A DNA stretch of 64,000 nt from Octopus vulgaris (taxonomy: Eukaryota). The stretch spans positions 10,478,001 to 10,542,000 of the forward strand of contig OX597830.1 in assembly GCA_951406725.2 (NCBI GenBank). Direction: 5' to 3'. The translations under genes and the position numbers were made by a program. Within the stretch, counting starts at the first letter, position 1. Each line of letters starts with the position of its first letter. The notes beneath the pieces are model-generated. The model was not told the origin of the DNA. It was given only the letters and a program-made list of their open reading frames with translations, and searched no databases. This document shows positions 55,021 through 64,000 of the stretch, one piece after another.

Positions 55021-55070
<50 letters not shown>

Positions 55071-55072
55071 AT

Positions 55073-55310
55073 TACGCCCTTTTTAAAGCCTAGCCAGGCT
55101 CATGGACCCGGTTTCTATGTCGTATGTGTCTCCCAGCTGGACGGGACGCCAGTCCAATCGCAGCGTTACTCATTTTTGCCAGCTGAGTGGACTGGAGCAA
55201 CGTGAAATGAAGTGTTTTGCTCAAGAACACAACGCGTCGCCCGGTCCAGGAATCGAAACCACAATCTTACGATCATGATGTTGACACCCTAACCACTAAG
55301 CCACGCGCCT

Positions 55311-55312
<2 letters not shown>
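55073..55312 (-). mobile_element. SINE family C
   Basis: Reverse complement of 8877-9122. Confidence 0.9.
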
Positions 55313-55354
<42 letters not shown>

Positions 55355-56174
55355 GTATATGCGCGCACACACATATGACAGGCTTCTATACAGTTTCCGT
55401 CAACCAAATTCACTCACAAGGCATTGGTCGGTCCAGAGCTATAGTAGAAGACACTTGGCCAAGTTATCGCGTAATGGTACGAACTAGAAACCACGTACTT
55501 TATATATATATATAAAATATATATATAAACATATATAAATATAATGCCATGCCATTTACCAGTCTATCACGGTGTATGCAAATGTGGTCGTATGTAGTTA
55601 GATTGTAACAAGTTTCAATAGAGACGCTGTGAAATAACGATCTCTATTATCCAAGTACATTCCCATTATTTGCATGTAATGATCAAAGCAGTTTCCTAGA
55701 CTTCCAGTGAAATTGGTTTAAGCTTGGTGCTTATTATAACAGTTCAATAGAACTAATTTCCATAGTTTGGGTTCCGACAAGAAATAAAACCGATTCTATG
55801 TTTTCTCTCGTAGTTCTCTTGCATAGTATCAGGTGATGTAAATGTTTAGTGAAAAGTCGGTTGGTGTTTGAGTAAAACTTAACGGCAGATATTTGACAAA
55901 GCTGAATGGAATATCAATATCTGTATTATGGCTATTGAATATTTTACCAATACAAGTGGTTGGATCGATTTTGAAATGTGTATGTGTGTGTGTGTGTGGA
56001 GAGAGAGAGAGAGAGAGAGAGAGAATTAGACGATGATGAAAGATTGTAGATGTATGTCTGTGTTTGTTTTTGTGTAAGGAAAGATATATGAATAGATACA
56101 GATAAATCGATAGATGGATTTAAATAGATTTCAGATAGATATATTTGAATTTAGATATACAGATAGATAGATAG

Positions 56175-56217
<43 letters not shown>

Positions 56218-57132
56218 TACAGATAGATAGATTTTGGATGGTGATAGATAGTATGCACAATTATACTAGTATACCCGCGCCGTCAAAAATAACAGTATGT
56301 TAAAAGAAATATGGCAGAAATTCTATTTGATAAATGCATCGCCATAATATATATATATATTCCTTATAATAGGTATGCACTTGTTACAATACATCATATA
56401 TTGCCAGAATACGTTCTGATCAAAGTTCATTCACCAAAAGTTATATAATTTATCAATAATCAATGTAGCGTGCATTCTATAAATATGTGATATGAATATG
56501 ATTACGACATGTCCTATATCTAAAGCAGTTATGGTGAAACATACAAATAGCACAATATGCAAATTTTATTCAATATACTTTCACCGCATATATTTCCCAC
56601 GGTTAATATGAATGAGTGTCCGCATGAAATACGTTGGAATTTTCATGCACTAAATTGTATTTTTCGACAGTTCTTTCTGGGTCGTGAAAAATGGAAATTA
56701 ACTGTTGAAAAAGCAGCAGTCAAACCTCCTTCAAAGTAAATTAGTTTTGAGTAAAAACGTATGAAATAATTCCTTGTCGAGAAATACAAGACCGGATGAT
56801 CACGGATTGTATATCACGGATCATAGGCTTGAAAGATCAAAGTAAAGGATTAGCAATGACCTCACTTCGTAGAGATGAAATAGCGGAAACTCCCCTTTTG
56901 CCTTGCGACAATTTCTACAACCCGGTCTATTTACTAAGTCCGTGTCGCAGTCTGAAGAATACTTCATAGAAACTCTTGATAGGTACGATGAAAGAATGGA
57001 TTACAATTTTGCGATCCATCATGACTTTGTATACTCTTGTACTTGTTTCAGTCATTTGACTGCGGCCATGCTGGAGCACCGCCTTTAGTCGAGCAAATCG
57101 ATCAGACCACGTCAATAGAATTTGTTCGCCTT

Positions 57133-57406
57133 CAGTGGTTTCTCAAACCGGGGTCCATATAGCCCTTGGGAGTCCACATGGCCCTTGGGAATCCATATAA
57201 GATTGTTAAAATTTAATCTGCTATAAATTGCTTATACATTTACAATACACAAAAAAATTTAACAATTTTTTCATTCAGTTCCTAACAATGTCTAATTATA
57301 AAAACATGATTTTTTTTTTTGACACTGAATGGCCAAGAGGGTCCATCTGAGTAAAAATAGGAATCAAAGGGGTCCATTGATAAAAAAAAATGGTCGAGAA
57401 CCACTG
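57133..57406. mobile_element. hAT (Charlie-like) MITE
   Basis: cagtggtttctcaaacc ... ggtcgagaaccactg TIRs with ggggtcc subterminal repeats; TSD not evident. Confidence 0.7.
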
Positions 57407-58534
57407 AGTTGGACGTTTAGGGGAGGCAAAACAGTGACGTCCACATGTTACCTTTTGGTGTTAACAGTGTGAAAAAAAAAACGTAACAATACATAATAAT
57501 GGCTAAGTTGTTAAAGTGTGGCTGTTCGTTCAGGCTCTCTGGATTCTGAGTTCAAATTCCATTGAGGTCAACTTAACCTTTAATCAGCTTTGCCTTTAAA
57601 CCGGTCTTTTTTACTTCTCTATTTTTCTCTCTCGTTCTCTCCCACTTTCTTACTCTTTTTCGTTCTTCTTGTTTTCTCTTTTTTCGTTTTTCCTATTTAA
57701 TTTTGTCCATTTCTCTCTCTCCTTCCCCTTCTTTCTCTTTGTCTTTTTCTCCATTGTACTTGTACCCCAGGTCCAGTTTTGTCACGTAGTGTTACGCTGA
57801 TTCGTCCGAGAATCCCAATAACCGTACATGTCTACCGAATACTCAGCCAGTTACACATTCATTTCGTATAATTCCTTAGAACAAACGAGCAAGTGATTGA
57901 ATTCAGTCGATCGAACAACTGAATGCTCATCGTCGATGCCGACGGAGGATCCACAACATTATAAAGATCACAAATTGAACTCGGGATGCCAGGAGCTTAT
58001 TTCTGATTTTCAACGGAGAGGCAAAAAGAAGAAGAGACGGAAAGAGAGAAAGAGATGGCTCGCTCCTAGTTGGGAAATGGTACCTTATCGACCCTAAAAA
58101 GGATGAAAGGCAAAGCTGATCCCAATGGGGTTTGAAATCAGAATCCAGAGAGCCCGGACAAACAGCGCCACACTAACGAGTTTACCATATCGATCACCAA
58201 AATAGATCGATATTTAAAGTTTATTGGAATTAAGTCTCAAATTCCTGGTAATCCTTCAGTGAAACATTTATAATGGCTTTCAATGGATTTATAATGGCTT
58301 ATAATGGATTCGAAACACTTAAGATTCTGCAGACATATGGGAACTGTTAACTAATTGTAACTATAATTAGTTAACGGTTCCTACGTGATTAATTATAATT
58401 TCCAACATATGCACAAGACGAGAAATTTCATAAGGGTTTGGGGAGCGGAAGTGTCGATTATGGATCCAACTCAGTCAGGATCTGAGTTCGCGCTTTTTTC
58501 ATCGAACCATGACGTTTGATCGACGCGCTAATGC

Positions 58535-58569
<35 letters not shown>

Positions 58570-58571
58570 CC

Positions 58572-58780
58572 AGTTCCGTTGGGCCGAACTCGTCGCAAGG
58601 TTCACAAACAACAGGTGGACTCGTGTAGTTGCCAAGCGGTGTCCAAAAGATCGGGAAGGCCAGTCGGAAGGTCTGTACTAGGATGGGAAGGAGATTTAGT
58701 TAAACCATTTTGGCCAAGATGGAAAAGAGCGTAATCAAGAAAGAATTGGAAGCACATCTTGGCCAGCGGTCTATAATAAC
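58572..58780 (+). mobile_element. RTE-clade LINE 3' coding fragment
   Basis: FRWAELVARFTNNRWTRVVAKRCPKDR then, frameshifted, RPVGRSVLGWEGDL; resembles WAGHVAR..DNRWT..W.PR..RPxGRP.xRW.DDL. Confidence 0.8.
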
Positions 58781-59007
58781 AACATCTGCAAATCCGGTCG
58801 ATACAATGACGTGTGTGAGTGAGTGCGTGAGTGAGTGAGAAAAAGAAAAAAAGAGAGAAATCGTAATAGAACGGAAATTAGGCATCTTAAAATTGGCAAT
58901 CCAAGAGATGAGTTGCGTGGGGAGAACTCTCGAGAAAGTTTGTTTAATTCTGAAAGTAAAATAATTTAAATCTTCATGTTTGTGTAGTTTTACATCAATA
59001 CAAGTAT

Positions 59008-59011
<4 letters not shown>

Positions 59012-59083
<72 letters not shown>

Positions 59084-59176
59084 GAATTTGTATATGTATA
59101 TGTATATATATGAATTTGTATATGTACATATATACATATGAATTTTTTATGTATATATATATATATATATATAAGA

Positions 59177-59207
<31 letters not shown>

Positions 59208-59233
59208 TGAATTTGTATATGTCTGTATGAACG

Positions 59234-59269
<36 letters not shown>

Positions 59270-59395
59270 TTTGTATATGTCTGTATGAACGTATGTATAT
59301 ATATATATATATATATATGAATTTGTATATGTCTGTATGAACGTATATATATATATATATATATATATATGAATTTGTATATGTCTGTATGAACG

Positions 59396-59426
<31 letters not shown>

Positions 59427-59451
59427 GAATTTGTATATGTCTGTATGAACG

Positions 59452-59487
<36 letters not shown>

Positions 59488-59525
59488 TTTGTATATGTCT
59501 GTATGAACGTATGTATATATATATA
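59012..59525. repeat. Minisatellite: gaatttgtatatgtctgtatgaacgtatg units separated by variable (TA)n
   Basis: Six near-identical units at ~59209-59513, plus decayed units upstream. Confidence 0.95.
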
Positions 59526-60282
59526 CACACTATACATATATACAGTATGTATATATACACACGCTATATATGTATACACACTTACAGTGTGTGTGTGATG
59601 GGGGTAGCAGACAATGATTTGGGTTGGGAAAAAACCTACTAAAAAGCTTATTTAATTCATTCTAAAAGCCAAGTAATTTAAAATTCGTCCGGCTTTGTAT
59701 ATATAAGATTTACATAAATAGACGTAAATTTAGGAAGTTTGTTGAAATAAATAAACCGGCAATGCTATAACAAGGGAAGAAGAGGCCACAATTAATGGCA
59801 TTCGACATCAGCCATGTTGTCTCTGCTATTTAAGTGATGGCTTAAAGCGGAAGCAGCCCCCAGTTGGTTGCGCAGATAATATACTCAAGGAGATAGCTTC
59901 ACTATAAAGCAACAGTGGACACTCCAGGTGTACTTCCTTCGTACTTACTGTCACAACAGCGTGTCTTTTCCGGTAGAAGAGACCACAATTGTGTGTTTAC
60001 TGCCTGCAATGGTAGTCCTGCCCACCCCTGTTACAAACCAACACTGCTTCTTCTATAATCACCACCAGCACCAGCATTGTGGCCACTAAATACTTCACTG
60101 TTATCTAGGCTACCAAACATTACCAATGGCAGCAACACGACCGAGACGACGACGACCACCACTACTACTACTACTACTAATAATAATAATAATAATAATA
60201 ATAATATTAATATTAATAATAATAATAATAATAATAATAATCCCTTCTACTAATGGCAGAAGGCCTGAAATTTTGGGGGCTC

Positions 60283-60832
60283 ATTGATTTTTGTTGTTGT
60301 CACTTAAAGCATGCAGAATCCATGCTCCATACTTCTGAACCTTTCCCATCTAGTGAAGATGCTTCTCTATAGCAGTGTGGGAGCATTCCATTTTCTCTGC
60401 CAGTTCCCTTGTCGTTTGACGAGAATTTTCGTGCAAAAGTTGGTTTAATCGCTCTTCATCGAACTCAACTGAACGGCCAGAACAAGGTGTGTCTTTGAGG
60501 TCAAATTTTCCATTTTTGAACTTGGGATACCAATCACGAGCGGTTCTTTCAGCTATGGCACCCTCTCCATACACATCACAAATGCCGCGAGCAGCTTTAG
60601 CGGCCTTAGAACCTTGATTAAAAACAAAAAGGTGTAATCGAAAACGCTTGATTTTCTTAACTTGATATTCCATCTGAAAATAAACAAAAATTAACTAGAA
60701 AAAAAACAAACAAAATATATTCCAAAATGATTCAAAAATAGAATTCTAGAAAAAATAGATTCCAAAATTTAAAAACGCAATAAATTCAAAAACTTTAAAA
60801 AAAAACGGCGGGAACTTAGTTGAAAACACATA
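60283..60832 (-). mobile_element. 5' portion of a mariner transposon
   Basis: TIR-like tatgtgttttcaactaagttcccgccgtttt at ~60802-60832, AT-rich leader, transposase N-terminus; truncated by a SINE-B tail. Confidence 0.85.
60350..60673 (-). pseudogene. Mariner (Mos1/Hsmar-type) transposase N-terminal HTH domains, truncated
   Basis: AAKAARGICDVYGEGAIAERTARDWY.KFKNG.FDLKD.P.SGRS..., TTRELAEK; after the stop, MGKVQKYGAWILHAL is a degenerate WVPHEL. Confidence 0.92.
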
Positions 60833-61098
60833 AGCGGGTGACCATGTGGTTTTTTGTTCATGGCTCACTAATTCACAGAAATATAGTTTCAGCTATAAAC
60901 ACAAAATCATAAGGCTACCTGCTTTTGTGCCTTCTAGCGGTATATGCAAACGAAAAATTACACCTGCTGAAAAATATTCGTGGATTCAAAAGCTCAATAA
61001 AATTCGTTTATCTTATTATTTTTGTAATATATACTGAAGAAAGTTATCAAGAAAATAGGCACGACAGCTGAAACCAGTTCAAGGCGGTTATGATTGAT

Positions 61099-61321
61099 TA
61101 GGCGAGCTGGCATAAACGTTAGCACGCCGGACGAAATGAGTAGCCGTATTTCGTCTGCCGTTACGTTCTGAGTTTAAATTCCGCCGAGGTCGACTTTGCC
61201 TTTCATCCTTTCGGGGTCGATAAATTAAGTACCAGTTACGCACTGGGGTCGATGTAATCGACTTAACCTCCTTGTCTGTCCTCTCTGTGTTTAGCCTCTT
61301 GTGGGTAGTAAAGAAATAGGT
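61099..61321 (+). mobile_element. SINE family B monomer
   Basis: Head, core and tail ending gtaaagaaatagg. Confidence 0.88.
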
Positions 61322-61643
61322 TATGGTTGATTAGAGATTGCAAATGGAACCCTTCAGTAAGTGAAGACTAGCTCACTCCCCACAACCACGCTCAGGTGGA
61401 GCGCGCAGACCAAGAGGCGAAATGCTTGTGACTCTGAGATGCCCAGTGACGATACGCAATGGTTTCCAGCATTGCAATGGATTTACAGGAGATTGCAAAA
61501 CCTCTGAGTAGCTCCTGATTCTTCTGCGTGTGGTAAAGCATCTCCGATGTTTATGTCATCTTAAGTGTCAGTTTACGGTTTGGTGTAACGCCATTTTGTG
61601 TTCGTCTCGGCTACACCTGCAATGCATTTGGTGTATATAATAA

Positions 61644-62023
61644 AGGCGCAGGAGTGGCTGTGTGGTAAGTAGTTTGTTTACCAACCACATGGTTCCAAGT
61701 TCAGTCCCACTGCGTGGTACCTTGGGCAAGTATCTTCTACTAAAGCCTCGGGCCGACCAAAGTTTGTGAGTGGATTTGGTAGACGGAAACTGAAAGAAGC
61801 CTGTCGTATATTTGTGTATGTGTGTGTGTGTGTGTTTGTCCCCCAACATAGTTAGACAACCGATGCTGGTGTGTTTACCTCCTTGTAACTTAGTGGTTCG
61901 GCAAAAGGGACCGATAGAATAAGCACTAGGCTTAGAAAGAATAAGTCCTGGGGTGGATTTCTTCGACTAAAGGCGGTGCTCCAGCATGGCCGCAGTCAAA
62001 TGACTGAAACGAGTAAAAGAGTA
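61644..62023 (+). mobile_element. SINE family A, full length
   Basis: Matches 9138-9550; another diverged copy follows at ~62093-62430. Confidence 0.9.
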
Positions 62024-63238
62024 ATACATGTTGCATGTAATGCGTGCATCTAATCCATTCGCTGCATTGCATTTCTGTCTGCATTCATCAGTAACGTGGT
62101 TGTAAGGTAAGAAGTTTGCTTCCCAACCACAAAGCTCCGGGTTCAGTTCCATTGCGTGGCACCTTGGCCAAGCGTCTTCTGTTATAGCCTCGGATCAGCC
62201 AAAGCCTTGTGAGTGGATATGGTAAACTAAAATTGAAAGAAGCCCGTCACGCGCGCGAGTGTGTGTTTGTGCCTGTTTGTTCCCAAGCACCGCTTAACAA
62301 CCGGTGTTAGTGTGTTTACGTCCATGTCACTTGGCAGTTCGGCAAAAGAGAACGATAGAATAAATACCAGGCTTAAAGCAAAAAAAAAAAAAGTAGCGGG
62401 GCGATTCATTCGACAAGAATTTCTTGAAGGCCACTGAAAGAAGTTAAAAAAAAAAAAGGATGCATCTAATATTTCTTTGCGGAAGTGAATTGAAATGCTC
62501 TCCTAAACAGTTTATTTTACCACTCTCATTTAGTAGTTACGTGACCATTCACTTATTCTCATGTGCATGTATATATATACATTTGTTTGTGTTGTTTTGT
62601 GTAAACTGACGTAAAGTGTCTTTTGATTTTAATCTCGGTGTTTATATCTACAAATGGAGTTGTATCGGTATTGTTTCGACTGTTGAATCTCTCTACTGCG
62701 TTGTTCTCTAGGCCCTACGTTATGTTCACACGTCTTCCATTACAACTACTGTATCCTCGACGTATGTAGTGTGTTTTAAATGTTTGTGTTTAGGCATCAC
62801 TTTTTCTATTGTAGCTACGCAGAATATGGCAAACGTAGGTCGTAAGGGAGCACCCATAGTTATTCCATCTTTTTTATTTATAACAATCAAAATTTTGTAA
62901 TTTATGCAAAATCTCCAAAATAAAGCCTTTCAAGAAATCATCAAAATTCTTTTTTAAGAACTGTTAGTAACTTGCACCATGGAAGTGCCGTTTCTGTACG
63001 CACAAGACATTTAAACAATCATGAGCAAGTGCCTTCCACGACAGCCTCAGGTTGTGAGGCTACTATGAAGACTGTGATATCTGCATCTATATATACACAC
63101 ACACACACACGTGTGTGTTCCAGCATGGCTGCAGTCAAATGACTGAAATAAGTAAATTAATAAAAGAATATTGTAAAGATCTTTTGAGCACTATGTGTAT
63201 TCTTGTATTCTATACGAATAGAATGGATCTCGTCTGTG

Positions 63239-63313
<75 letters not shown>

Positions 63314-63317
63314 CAGG

Positions 63318-63535
63318 CGGCGAGCTGGGAGAGTCGTTAGCACCCCGGGGAAAATGCTTAGCGGCATTTCGTTTGTTTTTACGTCCTGAGTTCAATTTCC
63401 GCCGAAGTCGACTTTACTTTTCATCCTTTCGGGGTCGATGAAATAAGTACCATTGGAACACTGGGGTCGATGTAATCGACAAGCCCCATTCTCCCAAAAT
63501 TTCGGGCGTTTTCCCTATAGAAGAAAGGATTATTA
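63318..63535 (+). mobile_element. SINE family B
   Basis: ggcggcgagctgg head, B box, Meta-like core. Confidence 0.85.
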
Positions 63536-64000
63536 TATAATTATAACCTCTGTGTGTGTGTGAGAGAGAGAGAGAGCAATTAGAGACAAGCCTTGACACC
63601 ATTACTGATTATGATCCAAAAATAAAACCCAGATGTCTTAAGTGGCCTACCACCGGCAACAGAAATGACACGATCAACAATACTACTACTAATACTATTA
63701 CTGCTGCTGCTGCTACTACTGCTGCTACAATGACTTTCACTAATTCCAACATCGTCATCATTAATAAAAACGCTTCCTTCTGCTAAACCAAGAACTAATA
63801 ATTAAGCACACAGACATGAATTTCTAATGGAAGTCTTTAGTTTCGATCGTATTAAAACGGAGAACCAAGGAATCAAGAATTAATACCGTCGGCTCTACCA
63901 AGACCACTAACCATTCTTTATACCAGTGGCTCTCATCTTTGCGCATATAACCGTCACCTTTCGCCCAATGGCTTTTTGCAAATGGCCCATCCCTATATTT

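Larger units (their letters stand above)
54021..55030. mobile_element. 477-bp HHR-bearing unit in partial tandem plus inverted copy (PLE pLTR/retrozyme-like)
   Basis: Unit 54021-54497, partial repeat 54498-54586, inverted arm 54585-55030; (TA)n on both sides. Confidence 0.88.

Noticed and set aside
58572-58680. Apparent host exon after a ccag acceptor
   Set aside because: The peptide matches the RTE LINE C-terminus with a frameshift.
59209-59513. CRISPR-like repeat-spacer pattern
   Set aside because: Spacers are pure (TA)n, the context is eukaryotic, and there are no cas genes.
62055-62095. Minus-strand CUGAUGA..GAAA motif
   Set aside because: No NUH triplet after stem III and no stem I pairing.

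Overview
AT-rich, repeat-saturated animal genomic DNA with no recognisable host protein-coding exon. It reads as intergenic or deep intronic. The SINE families and heavy (TA)n/(CA)n/(TATG)n load suggest an octopod cephalopod, which is inference and not tested. Almost all long ORFs in the track are microsatellite artefacts. Supportable content: three or more tRNA-derived SINE families, decayed RTE, HERO-like and Penelope-like (PLE) retroelement fragments, mariner, Tigger and hAT remnants and MITEs, two GG-terminated 8-bp-TSD MITEs, and Helitron/Helentron-type non-autonomous elements. The most notable signal is a set of minimal type-I hammerhead ribozyme (HHR) motifs in several unrelated small repeat families. 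They include a tandem HHR pair 313 nt apart (13830-14196), a 477-bp HHR-bearing unit in tandem plus inverted, circularly permuted form (54021-55030), a tRNA-headed HHR element (25758-26082) and core-variant HHRs. Many are embedded in (TA)n together with near-perfect fold-backs. This points to a diverse PLE-mobilised retrozyme-like system. All folds were checked by eye only, and coordinates of decayed repeats are approximate.
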